64,000 nucleotides of DNA from an uncultured delta proteobacterium (lineage in GTDB: Bacteria > Desulfobacterota > Desulfuromonadia > Desulfuromonadales > BM103): positions 50,410 through 114,409 of the forward strand of contig CAVQRZ010000026.1 in the NCBI GenBank assembly GCA_963715335.1, read 5' to 3'. Position 1 is the stretch's first letter. Each line of letters opens with the position of its first letter. Position numbers and translations under genes: made by a program. The notes beneath the pieces are model-generated. The model was given only the letters and a program-made list of their open reading frames with translations, ran no database searches and had not been told where the DNA came from. This document shows, piece after piece, positions 32,893 to 43,333 of this stretch.

Positions 32893-33102
32893 ATGCCGGA
32901 CAAGGTAGACGCAATGGTTCTGTATGAACAGGTCAAGTTGCAATGGATTCCCATTGCCGCGGGACTAATTTTTTCTGTGGACGGCAGGTCCCGCAACTGC
33001 ACACTATTGCATGCCGCCGGCGGGATGCCGGTTGAGGAAATTGCCCTCGAAACCCCCGATCGACTTGCTGCAAGCCAGCGGCTTGCCGGAACGCATGGTT
33101 AG
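32893..33102 (+). pseudogene. Decayed fragment resembling the ATP-grasp of succinyl-CoA synthetase beta or a related acyl-CoA ligase
   Basis: FSVDGRSRNCTLLHAAGGMPVEEIALETPDRL resembles the SucC segment DR....V..AS..GG..IEEVA.E.P; no full gene present. Confidence 0.5.
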
Positions 33103-33105
33103 CCG

Positions 33106-34029
33106 ATGGCCAATCTCCTCTTTTACACGATTACGGTCCTGATTTGGGGCTCCACCTGGCTCGGGATCAAGTTCCAGCTTGGCATGGTCGATCCGGCGCT
33201 ATCGGTCTCTTACCGGTTCGCCCTGGCGGCGCTGATCCTTTTTGTCTGGTGTTTCGCCCGACGCCTGCCACTGAGATTCACCAGGGGTGAACACGCATTT
33301 ATTGCCATGCAGGGTGTGTTCCTGTTCGCTATGAACTACCTGCTTTTCTATCTTGCTGAATTGCAGATCACCAGCGGTCTGGCGGCCGTGGTTTTTTCCA
33401 CGATCGTGGTCATGAATCTGGTCAACGGGCGACTGTTTCTCGGCACCCCGATCGAGGTTAAAGTGCTGGTTGGCGGGGCGTTGGGGATGGCCGGCCTGGG
33501 CTTGCTCTTCTGGCCGGATATGGCTGCTGCGGATTTTTCCGGGTCGGTAGTTGTCGGTCTGCTCCTCAGCTTTGCTGCAACCTACCTGGCGTCACTCGGG
33601 AATATCCTGTCGGTCCGCAACCAGCAGCATAAACTGCCGGTTGTGCAGACCAATGCCTTCGGCATGGCCTACGGCTCAGCCTGTATGGCGATCGTTGTGT
33701 TGGTCAGTGGCACGTCGATCACGATAGACCTGGCAATTCCATACCTTGCGTCGCTGGTTTACCTGTCCCTGTTCGGTTCGGTGATTGCGTTTGGATGCTA
33801 CCTGAGCCTGGTTGGCAGGATCGGGGCAGGGCGTGCGGCATACGCCACATTGCTGTTCCCGGTTGTCGCGCTGGGGCTTTCAACGATCTGGGAGGGGTAT
33901 GTCTGGACCTTGCCCGGTGTCTGTGGAATCATTCTGATCCTGTTCGGGAATTATTTGGCCATGACCAGGAAAAAGATCACCACAGCACGGCAAAGCAAGG
34001 TCCAGAAGGCTGTCGCCCTGGATGCCTGA
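33106..34029 (+). CDS. EamA/DMT family transporter
   Basis: LIWGSTWLGIK, YRFALA, YLSLFGSVIAF..Y; 10 TM. Confidence 0.9.
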   Translation: MANLLFYTITVLIWGSTWLGIKFQLGMVDPALSVSYRFALAALILFVWCFARRLPLRFTRGEHAFIAMQGVFLFAMNYLLFYLAELQITSGLAAVVFSTIVVMNLVNGRLFLGTPIEVKVLVGGALGMAGLGLLFWPDMAAADFSGSVVVGLLLSFAATYLASLGNILSVRNQQHKLPVVQTNAFGMAYGSACMAIVVLVSGTSITIDLAIPYLASLVYLSLFGSVIAFGCYLSLVGRIGAGRAAYATLLFPVVALGLSTIWEGYVWTLPGVCGIILILFGNYLAMTRKKITTARQSKVQKAVALDA

Positions 34030-34201
34030 GCCTTGTTACTCCGGTGACGCCATCGATGCCCGGACGTTCTGCTAGCCTCCTTGCCGATGTCGATTGTGCT
34101 TTGCACATTCCGGTCTCCCTGCAATGTGACGGCTGAGGACCGCTTCGTCCTGTCAAAGGCGGCATTTCTAATGAAATGCCTGATTTAGAATGTCGCTTTA
34201 G

Positions 34202-34231
34202 TTGACCTGGAAATTACGTATTTGCTAGAGT
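34202..34231 (+). promoter_or_regulatory. Putative sigma70 promoter of holC-rsmE
   Basis: TTGACC-N18-TAGAGT with TGn extension, 40 bp upstream of holC. Confidence 0.45.
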
Positions 34232-34271
34232 GCCGCACACGACACTTTGCTGCTGACGGCAGGAGATTTAT

Positions 34272-34688
34272 TTGACGTCGATAGAATTCATAAAGCTGGA
34301 TCGGCCCGAGATGGCCAGGGTCCTCTGTGACCTGGCAGAGGAATATTATCTCAACGGTCAGCGTGTCCTGGTGATGATTCGGGATGACAACCAGGGGATA
34401 ACCCTCGACCGCTTCATGTGGACCTGGAAAAAAGGCGCTTTCTTGCCACACGTCTATGATAACGGGTCTGTCGAGGGTCTCGATGAACCGGTGGTTATCG
34501 TTTCCGAAGAAGGCAACCCGAATGGCGCCGGTATCCTGATCATGGGCGCGCCCTGCAGTATCGAGTTTATCCGCCAGTTCCGGCAAGCGATCGACTTTGC
34601 CGAAACCTATGACGAGACGCGCCTGGAAGAGTCTCGCGCGCGCTTCAGGAGTTACCGGGCCCTTGGATTCAACCCTGTCATGCGTTAA
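34272..34688 (+). CDS. holC: DNA polymerase III subunit chi
   Basis: LDRFMWTWKKGAFLPH, SRARFRSYRALG. Confidence 0.82.
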   Translation: MTSIEFIKLDRPEMARVLCDLAEEYYLNGQRVLVMIRDDNQGITLDRFMWTWKKGAFLPHVYDNGSVEGLDEPVVIVSEEGNPNGAGILIMGAPCSIEFIRQFRQAIDFAETYDETRLEESRARFRSYRALGFNPVMR

Positions 34689-34716
34689 TAACGGTGGGCT
34701 CAAGAGCCTGGTTCGG

Positions 34717-35436
34717 TTGGACCATGTCCCGCAGCTTGATCGAGAGACACGTCTTTCTGCTGCAGCACTACAGGCTCTTTCGATCTGGCAGGCCAGACCG
34801 GGTGAAGTGATGACCCTGGTTGACCCGCAAGCGACGGCATATCGTGCGCGCATTATCAGCCTGGACCCTGAACACCCGCGCTGCATGCCCTTTGCATGCC
34901 TGTCCCGTCCCGCAGAAAGTCCCCTGACCATTGCTGTTTATCAATCCTTGCCGGACCGGGAGCGTTTTGAGCTGGTCCTGCAGAAACTTACCGAACTCGG
35001 TGTCGCCCGCATCGTGCCCATGGTGTCGGCACACTCGTCAACCATTGAAGAGCGTGATGCAGGGCAGAAGAAATCACATCGCTGGCCCGATCTGGTCCGG
35101 AAAGCATCTCGCCAGTGCCGGCGCGCGATGCTGCCGGAACTCATGACGGCACAATGTTTCGCCGAAGCGCTTCGCACCGCCGAATCGGCAGAATTGAAGC
35201 TGATGCTGTATGAAGGGGATTCATCCTGGACACTCACGGAAGGATTCGGTACGTTTAGGCCGCAGAGTGTCGCCCTGATGATCGGACCCGAGGGCGGCTT
35301 CTCCCGCGAGGAAGTCGAGCTGGCGCAGGGCGCCGGGTTCCTGCCGGTCAGCCTTGGCCCGCGCATCCTGCGTACCGAGACAGCTGCGATTGTCGCTGCT
35401 GCGCTTGTGCAGAGTTATTTGGGGGATTTGGGCTAA
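34717..35436 (+). CDS. rsmE: 16S rRNA m3U1498 methyltransferase (start uncertain)
   Basis: QKLTELGV, ASRQCRR, IGPEGGFS, SLGPRILRTETA. Confidence 0.9.
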   Translation: MDHVPQLDRETRLSAAALQALSIWQARPGEVMTLVDPQATAYRARIISLDPEHPRCMPFACLSRPAESPLTIAVYQSLPDRERFELVLQKLTELGVARIVPMVSAHSSTIEERDAGQKKSHRWPDLVRKASRQCRRAMLPELMTAQCFAEALRTAESAELKLMLYEGDSSWTLTEGFGTFRPQSVALMIGPEGGFSREEVELAQGAGFLPVSLGPRILRTETAAIVAAALVQSYLGDLG

Positions 35437-35567
35437 CAGACACGAGGTGGGGAGCGGAAAGTACGCAAGCGAAGGATTAGGGCTGACAGCTGTCAACGCT
35501 AAGAAAGCTCCGGCTCCTCCTGAGTTGCTTTGGTCAAGTCCTTGCGGCGGACAGCTTGGGTTTAATT

Positions 35568-36332
35568 ATGAATCTTGATAATCTGACAGTCGTCCTCGTC
35601 GAATCCCGCGGCGAGCGAAATATCGGTTCGGTGGCACGCGCGATGGCAAATTTCGGCGTCAGCGATCTGCGCCTGGTCGCGCCGAAGGTCGATCACCTTG
35701 ATGACGAAGCGCGTAAAATGGCCGTCAAGGCAAGCGTGCTGCTCGAACAGGCCACCCTCTACCCTGACCTGGAGTGCGCCCTCACGGATTGCCATTATGC
35801 TTATGCGACCACGCGCCGCTTCGGTAAGTACCGGGCCGATTTCCTGCACCCCGACAGTGCTGCTGAAGACCTTCTGCCACGTCTCGGTAGTGGCAGGGTC
35901 GCGTTGGTCTTCGGTCGCGAAGACAAGGGGCTGAAGACCGAAGAGCTGGATCTCTGCCAGCGCTTGATTACAATTCCGACCTGCGGCAGTATCCAATCAA
36001 TGAACCTGGCTCAATCTGTGGTGGTCTGCCTTTATGAAGTCTGTCTGCAACATGGCGAGCGACAGGGCAAGGTGCAGGGGAACCGGCGCCTGGCGAGCAA
36101 CAAGCAGCTGGAGGTGCTCTTTTCACACATGCAAAAGACGCTTCTCGGCATCAAATACCTGAACCCGCAGAACCCTGAACATATCATGCGCTCCTATCGA
36201 CAGATGTTTGGCCGGGCAGGGCTGGACGACCGCGATGTTCGCATCCTGCGCGGTCTGATGAGTGAAATTGACCGTGTTGAGACCGAACGTCTCCTGCTCG
36301 CTGGAGAGGATGATGACGGCAATCAAGGTTGA
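35568..36332 (+). CDS. TrmJ/TrmH-family SPOUT RNA methyltransferase
   Basis: NIGSVARAMANFG, VFGREDKGL, SMNLAQSV. Confidence 0.9.
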   Translation: MNLDNLTVVLVESRGERNIGSVARAMANFGVSDLRLVAPKVDHLDDEARKMAVKASVLLEQATLYPDLECALTDCHYAYATTRRFGKYRADFLHPDSAAEDLLPRLGSGRVALVFGREDKGLKTEELDLCQRLITIPTCGSIQSMNLAQSVVVCLYEVCLQHGERQGKVQGNRRLASNKQLEVLFSHMQKTLLGIKYLNPQNPEHIMRSYRQMFGRAGLDDRDVRILRGLMSEIDRVETERLLLAGEDDDGNQG

Positions 36333-36675
36333 ACGGCTGGCCAACGGTCTGGAGATCAGCTTCAGTGATCAGACTAATCGCTACTTTGGCGATTACCATC
36401 GCGTCTGTGTGGTTGCGACAATTAGTTATCTTCTCGACCGCCTTCCTGATGAGACCCTGCGGTTGCAGGCGACCGCTCTCCTTGGTGAACAACTCAAGGT
36501 CGAAAAAAGTTTCGAGCGCATGGGCGTCCCGTCCGCAGAGCTTGAAAAGACCCGCAATGTTCTGATCGATGACTTCATGCGACATGCCGCTGCTTACCTC
36601 TCGCGTCCCAATTACCCCTGCCTGCTGGTTGCCGCTGAGTTGAGAAAGCCGCGTTCAGGCCGATTGTATGTCTGA
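36310..36675 (+). CDS. Conserved hypothetical protein
   Basis: SD GGAGAGG; NRYFGDYHRV, FERMGV, YLSRPNYP; overlaps both neighbours. Confidence 0.65.
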   Translation: MMTAIKVERLANGLEISFSDQTNRYFGDYHRVCVVATISYLLDRLPDETLRLQATALLGEQLKVEKSFERMGVPSAELEKTRNVLIDDFMRHAAAYLSRPNYPCLLVAAELRKPRSGRLYV

Positions 36676-37972
36676 AATGATCATGGACCTGGAAATTACC
36701 GGGTTGGTCCATGGTGGCCGCGGTATAGGTCGTTGCCATGGCAAGGCCGTTTTTGTCCCCATGACAGCGCCCGGCGACCGGGTTGTCTGCCGGGCCATCA
36801 GGTCGAAGCCGCACTATGTCGAAGCCGAGCTGGTGGAGGTGGTCGAGCCTTCGCCACACCGGCGGGTGCCGCCTTGCCCTTATTTCGAAATCTGTGGCGG
36901 CTGCCAGTGGCAACACCTCCCGTACCCGAGCCAAACCCGCTGGAAAGAAAAAATCTTTTTCGACCAGATGCTGCGCAGCAAGTGCGCTTCGGCGGCATGC
37001 TTGCAGCCGATCGTCCCGGCTCCGGATGAGTGGCGCTACCGCAACCGGGTCCAGTTCAAGTGCCATATGGCCGAACATGGGCTGGCCGTCGGTTTTTATC
37101 GCCCCAACTCGCATTTCGTCGTCGATATCGAGCACTGCCGACTTCTTTCAACACCGATTCAAGGCGTTCTGGGTCTCCTGCGCGAGGAGCTGCCGGGCGC
37201 TCCCTGTCCGGGCTGTATTCCCCAGGTCGATGTTGCCGCCGGCGATGATGGAGCCCTCAGGGTCCTATTGCATGTTCTGCCGGAAGCTCGCCGCCAGCTG
37301 CGGGCGTGGTTGCTCGGCTTTGCTGAACGTCATCAGCTCAACGCATGCTTGCAGTCTGGACGAAAAGAAACCATTGAGCTTGTCTACGGTGATGCGGATT
37401 TGTCAGTGTTTGTTGATCAACCGCCGTTGACCATGAGTTATGGCCCCGGCGGGTTTGCCCAGGTCAACTCGGCGCAGAACCGCAATATGGTGGCCGAAAT
37501 GCTCGCAATCCTCGATCTGCAAGGGACAGAAAATGTCCTCGACCTGTTTTGCGGCATGGGTAATTTCAGCCTGCCAATAGCCCGTCGAGCGGACCGGGTC
37601 ACCGGGATTGAAAGTTACCCCCCTTCCATAACATCCGCACTTGACAACGCTGCCGCAAATAGCCTGCGTAATGTCGCATTTCACGCCGCAGACGTATCGA
37701 CAGTCATGACCCGCGACGATCTTGATGCATTCGACCTGGTTGTCCTTGACCCCCCTCGCAGCGGCAGCTATCAATCCAGTCGGGAGATATTGAAGGTCAG
37801 GCCGCAGCGGATCCTCTACATCTCCTGCGATCCGGCTACCCTGACCCGCGATCTGGGGCCACTGGTGCATGACGGCTACCAGATTGTCTCCAGCCGGCCC
37901 TTCGATATGTTCCCGCAAACCTGGCATATCGAGAGCATGACTTTGTTGCGAAGGCTGGATGGAGGAAACTAG
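36668..37972 (+). CDS. rlmD: 23S rRNA m5U1939 methyltransferase (RlmD/RumA family)
   Basis: TRAM domain, CPYFEICGGCQWQH Fe-S motif, FAQVN, LDLFCGMGNF, LDPPRSG, YISCDPATL.RD, DMFPQTWHIE. Confidence 0.92.
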   Translation: MSEMIMDLEITGLVHGGRGIGRCHGKAVFVPMTAPGDRVVCRAIRSKPHYVEAELVEVVEPSPHRRVPPCPYFEICGGCQWQHLPYPSQTRWKEKIFFDQMLRSKCASAACLQPIVPAPDEWRYRNRVQFKCHMAEHGLAVGFYRPNSHFVVDIEHCRLLSTPIQGVLGLLREELPGAPCPGCIPQVDVAAGDDGALRVLLHVLPEARRQLRAWLLGFAERHQLNACLQSGRKETIELVYGDADLSVFVDQPPLTMSYGPGGFAQVNSAQNRNMVAEMLAILDLQGTENVLDLFCGMGNFSLPIARRADRVTGIESYPPSITSALDNAAANSLRNVAFHAADVSTVMTRDDLDAFDLVVLDPPRSGSYQSSREILKVRPQRILYISCDPATLTRDLGPLVHDGYQIVSSRPFDMFPQTWHIESMTLLRRLDGGN

Positions 37973-38090
37973 GGGCCGGCTGAGAAGCTGTTGGTCCTGC
38001 CGGTTCCCAGACCCTGGTCGGCAAAGTCTGCTTTTTCCCTTGCATTGCCCGGCGAACTTTGATAGAAGACACGCAATAGCTTTTCATCTG

Positions 38091-38117
38091 AAAAGTGAGC
38101 TTCGGCTCGCTTTTTTT
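38091..38117 (+). promoter_or_regulatory. rimP leader terminator-like hairpin (attenuator)
   Basis: AAAAGTGAGC-TTCG-GCTCGCTTTTTTT just upstream of rimP and downstream of a TTGCAT-N17-TAGAAG promoter candidate. Confidence 0.7.
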
Positions 38118-38128
38118 GTTTTGGAAAA

Positions 38129-38617
38129 ATGATGCGGCAAGAGATCCAGACCCAGATAGAGACATTAATCGTACCGATCCTCGATGACTTCGGTTATGAA
38201 CTTGTTGACCTGCAATACAAGAAAGAAGGCCACAGCATGGCCCTCTGCCTCTTTATTGACAAGCCGGGCGGTATTACCCTTGACGATTGCGTCACGGTCA
38301 GCCGGGAGGTTGGTGCAATCCTCGAGATCGAAGACCCGATCAAGGCGGCCTACCGGCTTGAAGTTTCATCGCCCGGCCTGGACCGACCTCTGAAAAAACC
38401 TGCAGACTTTGAACGCTTCTCCGGGCAGAAGATCAAGGTGAAGACGCTGCGTATGCTCGATCCGGACAAGCGCGGCACCAGTCGGAAAACCTTTACGGGC
38501 GAGCTGCTTGGCCTGGAAGGCGACATGATTCGCCTGGAACTGGACGATAAACGCGGCGGTCTGGCGGTGATCGCGCTGGGCGATTTGGAAAAAGCCAACC
38601 TGGTGGAAGAATTCTAG
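38129..38617 (+). CDS. rimP: Ribosome maturation factor RimP
   Basis: GITLDDC..VSR, YRLEVSSPGLDRPL. Confidence 0.95.
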   Translation: MMRQEIQTQIETLIVPILDDFGYELVDLQYKKEGHSMALCLFIDKPGGITLDDCVTVSREVGAILEIEDPIKAAYRLEVSSPGLDRPLKKPADFERFSGQKIKVKTLRMLDPDKRGTSRKTFTGELLGLEGDMIRLELDDKRGGLAVIALGDLEKANLVEEF

Positions 38618-38718
38618 CGAAACCATTGGCTCACACATTAACCATTAACGTTTAACGGTATAATAAAGACTTCGACAGCAGCCACCGCAATGATGTGGAT
38701 GGCATGCAGGGGGAAGGG

Positions 38719-39990
38719 ATGAATATCAACCTGAATCACATTATCGACCAGGTGGTTAAAGACAAGGGAATTGACCGCGCGGTGCTGATAGAGGCACTGG
38801 AAGCCGCGGTGCTGTCGGCAGCCAACAAGAAGTATCGCAATACCCGTGAACTCGAAGCCCACTACAATAATGAAGCGGGTGAAGTGGAAGTCTTCGAGTT
38901 CGTCACTGTCGTTGATGAAGTGGAGAACTCTTACCAGGAAATTGACCTGTCTGAAGCCCGCGAAATCGATCCCGACGTTGAAGTTGGCGATTCGCTCGGG
39001 ATGAAGATGGATGCAAGCAGTTTCAGCCGCATCGCAGCGCAAACGGCCAAGCAGGTGATTATCCAGAAGGTCCGTGAAGCAGAACGCGAAGGTGTTTTCA
39101 ATGACTTCAAGGATCGTGTCGGTGAGCTGGTCAACGGCATCGTCCGTCGCTACGAACGTGGTGATCTGATCGTTGACCTGGGTCGCGCCGAAGCTCTGTT
39201 GCCGCATCGTGAGCAGGTCCCGCGCGAAAACTACCGCCAGGGCGACCGGGTCCGTGCCTACATCTCCGATGTGCGTATGGCCACCAAGGGCCCGCAGATT
39301 ATCCTGTCACGCACCCATCCGGGCCTGTTGGCAGAGCTTTTCCGCATAGAAGTCCCGGAAGTTGCCGAAGGGATTGTCGAGATTCATGCTGTTGCCCGCG
39401 AACCGGGCAGCCGTGCCAAGATCGCCGTGCTCTCCAATGACCCGGACGTTGATCCAATTGGCGCCTGTGTCGGTATGCGCGGCGCGCGTGTCCAGAATGT
39501 GGTTTCCGAACTGCGTGGTGAAAAGATTGATATCATCAACTGGACACCTGACATCGCACGCTTCGCCTGTTCGGCGTTGTCTCCGGCCGAGGTAACCAGG
39601 GTCTATGTCGACAACGACGAGGAGTCGCTGGAAATCATCGTTCCCGATGATCAGCTGTCGCTGGCGATTGGCAAAAAGGGTCAGAACGTGCGGCTGGCTG
39701 CCAAGCTGACCGGCTGGAAGATAGATATCATCAGCGAGACCCGTGCCGCAGAGGCCGAACTCGAGGAATTGACCGGCGGTGGCCGCAGCTCTGAAGATGA
39801 AGTTGAAGCTGAGACCCCTGACGAACTCCTCTCGGGGATGGGTGCCAAAGAGGCCATCGCCTTGATCGAGGTTGCAGGGTCCGTCGAAGATATCGCCGGT
39901 AAGGAAATTGGTGAAAAGCGTGTCACAGTGATGCGCGCATTCGAGGCAAAAATGACGGAGCTGTCAGGCGACGAGAGCCAGGAGAGCTGA
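38719..39990 (+). CDS. nusA: Transcription termination/antitermination factor NusA
   Basis: FSRIAAQTAKQVI, AREPGSRAKIAV, GACVGMRGARV, LSLAIGKKGQNVRLA. Confidence 0.97.
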   Translation: MNINLNHIIDQVVKDKGIDRAVLIEALEAAVLSAANKKYRNTRELEAHYNNEAGEVEVFEFVTVVDEVENSYQEIDLSEAREIDPDVEVGDSLGMKMDASSFSRIAAQTAKQVIIQKVREAEREGVFNDFKDRVGELVNGIVRRYERGDLIVDLGRAEALLPHREQVPRENYRQGDRVRAYISDVRMATKGPQIILSRTHPGLLAELFRIEVPEVAEGIVEIHAVAREPGSRAKIAVLSNDPDVDPIGACVGMRGARVQNVVSELRGEKIDIINWTPDIARFACSALSPAEVTRVYVDNDEESLEIIVPDDQLSLAIGKKGQNVRLAAKLTGWKIDIISETRAAEAELEELTGGGRSSEDEVEAETPDELLSGMGAKEAIALIEVAGSVEDIAGKEIGEKRVTVMRAFEAKMTELSGDESQES

Positions 39991-40586
39991 TGGCCGAAGG
40001 GCGCAAGCAGCCGCAGCGCACCTGTCTCGGGTGCCGCCAGGTCAAGGATCAGTCGGAACTGATCCGTTTTGTGCGCTCGCCCGTTGGTGAAGTACTGGCT
40101 GATTTGAAAGCACGTTTGCCCGGTCGCGGCGCCTACCTCTGCAACAGTCGCGCCTGTATGGAAGCGGCAGTGAACAGGCGCCAGTTCGGCAGAGCTTTTC
40201 ACAGCGAGTGCCTGGCTGTGGATGTGCCGGAGCTGGCTGGCAAGGTAGCGGGGGAATTGCTCAGGCACCTTGCGAGTTTGCTTGGGATGGCGCGCAAGTC
40301 GGCAAACTTTGTTGCCGGCAGCAATGCTGTCCTTGATGCTCTGAGTCGCAGGAGAGCTCTGTCGGTCATCGTCCTGGCAGAGGACATCTCGCCACAGATA
40401 GGCGAGAAGCTCAGGCGGAAAGCTGAACGTCAGAACATATTAACGACGAAATTATTTGACAAAATGGAACTTGGCCGCATACTCGGGCGTGCGGAAAGAA
40501 GTGTTGTTGGTTTGCCCGATGGCAAGTTGGCGGATGCATTCATTGATGGTTTGCACCGTTATAAGGATATTTCAGGGGATAATTGA
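39990..40586 (+). CDS. YlxR (DUF448) fused to an L7Ae/YlxQ domain
   Basis: [21 protein letters not shown]; then [26 protein letters not shown]. Confidence 0.85.
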   Translation: MAEGRKQPQRTCLGCRQVKDQSELIRFVRSPVGEVLADLKARLPGRGAYLCNSRACMEAAVNRRQFGRAFHSECLAVDVPELAGKVAGELLRHLASLLGMARKSANFVAGSNAVLDALSRRRALSVIVLAEDISPQIGEKLRRKAERQNILTTKLFDKMELGRILGRAERSVVGLPDGKLADAFIDGLHRYKDISGDN

Positions 40587-43315
40587 TGGCTAAAATTCGT
40601 GTTTATGAATTGGCGACCAAAATGGGCCTGGACAACAAGGATGTTGTCGAAAAGTTGCAACAGGCCGGTGTCGAGGTCAAGAACCATATGAGCGCACTTG
40701 AAGAAGATGTTGCGCAGAAGTTCGAGGCCGAAATGGCTGGCAAGGATGTCGTTGCTCCTCGGCTTGACGAGAGCGTCGAAGTCAAGGTCAACGAAGAGCG
40801 GATCAGTTCTGGTTTGATCCGCCGACGCCGCAAGACTGTCGTCAAGGAAGAGCCGGTAGCCGAAATTACCGAAGCCGCTGCTGACGCCTCTGTTGAAGAA
40901 GTGGTTGCTGCCGAAGTGGCAAAAGAGCCGGAAGCCGCGCAAACAGCAGAAGATGCCGCTCCGGAAGTCGCTGCGGAAGGTGCCGAAACAGTACCGGCGG
41001 AGGCCCAGGCCGAAGAGGCGGAAATGGTCGAGGCGCCGTTGGGGAAGGCTGACCAGGATCTTGCCAGGAAAAAAACCAAGAAGGAACCGGTCCGTGCCAA
41101 GATTCTCGGCCGGGTTGAATTACCGACCCCGGTAGAGAGACCGCGCCGTCAGGATGGCGCTGCCGCAAGAGGCCAGCGAACCGAAGCTGGCGAGGGCAGG
41201 CGTCAGGATCGACCGGCGGCGCGTCCCGATGGACGTCCTGCCGCACGCCCAGCCGCGCGTCCCGACGGACGCCCTGCCACGCGTCCCGATGGACGTCCTG
41301 CTGCACGCCCTGCTGCACGTCCTACCGTCCCGGCAATCCCTAATGATCAGCTGGATGTGCTTTCGGAAAAAGAAGGCCGTGGCGTCAAGAAGAAAAAGAA
41401 GGGGCGCGATACGGTTCGAACGGATGCCGACGGGCCGCGTCGCAAGAGTCGCAGGGAGGTTTACGAGCCGGATCGTAATGAGCGCTACCGCAAGGGCCGG
41501 AAATCGAACCGGCCGGCCAAGAAGACAGAGATTACCCAGTCCAAGGCGATCAAGAGGAAAATCAGGATCACTGATGTTATTACGATTGGCGAACTGGCAA
41601 AACGCATGGGTGTCAAAGCCAACGACCTGATCAAGGAGTTGATGGGGCAGGGCCAGATGGTCACGATCAACCATCCTCTCGATTTCGAGTCAGCGGCTAT
41701 CCTGGCTTCCGAGTTCGGTTATGAAGTTGAAAACGTGGCTTTTGACGAGGAAACCATCCTCTCTCATTCCGCTGTCACCTCGCAGGGCGATGATGATGGC
41801 GCGCTGGTGCCACGTCCGCCGGTTATAACGATCATGGGTCATGTCGATCATGGCAAGACCAGCCTGCTCGACGCAATTCGTCAAGCCAAGGTGACCGAAG
41901 GCGAGGCCGGTGGCATCACCCAGCATATCGGCGCTTACGATGTTGACCTGGGTGGGCGCAAACTGACCTTCCTCGATACCCCCGGTCATGAAGCTTTTAC
42001 CGCAATGCGTTCCCGCGGGGCACAGGTGACCGACATCGTTGTCCTGGTGGTTGCTGCTGATGACGGTGTTATGCCGCAGACCAGGGAGGCGATCAACCAC
42101 TCCAAGGCTGCCGGTGTGCCGATTATTGTGGCGGTCAACAAAGTCGACAAACCCGACGCCAATCCAGACCGGGTCATGCAGGAGCTCTCCGATCTGGAAC
42201 TGCTTCCGGAAAGCTGGGGCGGAGACACGATCTTCGTCAACGTCTCTGCCAAGGCAAAGACCAATATCGACCAGCTGCTGGAGATGATTCTGCTGCAGTC
42301 CGAAGTTCTCGAACTCAAAGCCAACCCCGACAAAAGAGCCCAGGGGACGGTCATCGAAGCGCGTCTCGACAAGGGCCGCGGCCCCGTCACGACAGTGCTG
42401 GTGCAGCAGGGCACCTTGAAGATTGGCGACCCGATAGTTGCCGGCCTGCATTTCGGCCGCGTCAGGTCGATGGCCGATGACCGTGGTCGGTCCGTCGATA
42501 AGGCCGGACCATCATTACCGGTCGAGGTGACCGGCCTATCAGGTGTCCCTGAAGCGGGTGAATCTTTCCACGCTGTTGAAGATGAAAAGGTTGCCAAAGA
42601 TGTCGCCCAACATCGGCTGCACAAAATCCGTGAGGCCGAACTGGCGAAGAACAGCAAGATTTCACTGGAGCAGCTCTATGCACGCATCCAGGAGGGTGAT
42701 GTCAAAGAGCTCAAGGTCGTGGTCAAGGCCGACGTCCAGGGGTCCGTCGAGGCTGTGGCCGATACTCTGACCAAGCTGTCCACAAATGCCTGTCGACTGA
42801 TTGTTATACACTCAGGCGTCGGGGGGATCACTGAAACCGATATCAGTCTGGCTTCCGCATCTGACGCGATTGTCCTCGGCTTCAATGTCCGTCCTGCTCC
42901 GAAGGCGGCCGGCCTTGCCGAACTCGAAGGGGTTGATATCCGCCTTTATAATGTCATCTACGATGCCATCAATGATATTAAGGATGCCATGGAAGGCCTG
43001 CTCGCACCGACTCTCAAGGAAGTCGATCTTGGCCGTGCCGAAGTTCGAGAAGCTTTCAACGTGACCAAGGTCGGCACCATCGCCGGTTGTTACGTAACTT
43101 CCGGTAAAATCCAGCGTAACGCCTATGCACGCCTGTTGCGCGACGATATTGTGGTCTGGACCGGAAAACTTGCGTCCCTGCGCCGTTTCAAGGATGACGT
43201 TAAGGAAGTTGGCACGAACTATGAGTGTGGTATCGGCCTTGAGCATTACAACGATATAAAGCCTGGTGATATCATCGAGGTGTACGAGATCAAGGAAGAG
43301 AAAACCATCCTCTAA
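40586..43315 (+). CDS. infB: Translation initiation factor IF-2
   Basis: [55 protein letters not shown]. Confidence 0.98.
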   Translation: MAKIRVYELATKMGLDNKDVVEKLQQAGVEVKNHMSALEEDVAQKFEAEMAGKDVVAPRLDESVEVKVNEERISSGLIRRRRKTVVKEEPVAEITEAAADASVEEVVAAEVAKEPEAAQTAEDAAPEVAAEGAETVPAEAQAEEAEMVEAPLGKADQDLARKKTKKEPVRAKILGRVELPTPVERPRRQDGAAARGQRTEAGEGRRQDRPAARPDGRPAARPAARPDGRPATRPDGRPAARPAARPTVPAIPNDQLDVLSEKEGRGVKKKKKGRDTVRTDADGPRRKSRREVYEPDRNERYRKGRKSNRPAKKTEITQSKAIKRKIRITDVITIGELAKRMGVKANDLIKELMGQGQMVTINHPLDFESAAILASEFGYEVENVAFDEETILSHSAVTSQGDDDGALVPRPPVITIMGHVDHGKTSLLDAIRQAKVTEGEAGGITQHIGAYDVDLGGRKLTFLDTPGHEAFTAMRSRGAQVTDIVVLVVAADDGVMPQTREAINHSKAAGVPIIVAVNKVDKPDANPDRVMQELSDLELLPESWGGDTIFVNVSAKAKTNIDQLLEMILLQSEVLELKANPDKRAQGTVIEARLDKGRGPVTTVLVQQGTLKIGDPIVAGLHFGRVRSMADDRGRSVDKAGPSLPVEVTGLSGVPEAGESFHAVEDEKVAKDVAQHRLHKIREAELAKNSKISLEQLYARIQEGDVKELKVVVKADVQGSVEAVADTLTKLSTNACRLIVIHSGVGGITETDISLASASDAIVLGFNVRPAPKAAGLAELEGVDIRLYNVIYDAINDIKDAMEGLLAPTLKEVDLGRAEVREAFNVTKVGTIAGCYVTSGKIQRNAYARLLRDDIVVWTGKLASLRRFKDDVKEVGTNYECGIGLEHYNDIKPGDIIEVYEIKEEKTIL
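41210..41329 (+). repeat. Ten 12-bp units encoding RPxx repeats in the IF-2 linker
   Basis: [40 protein letters not shown]. Confidence 0.85.
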
Positions 43316-43333
43316 TCTGTAGCGGTTCTCGAA

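Noticed and set aside
35486..35497. Perfect palindrome TGACAGCTGTCA between rsmE and the SPOUT methyltransferase
   Set aside because: Single occurrence with no identifiable cognate regulator; could be chance.
37973..38128. tRNA-Met upstream of rimP as in enterobacteria
   Set aside because: No cloverleaf or T-loop GTTCRA found in this interval.
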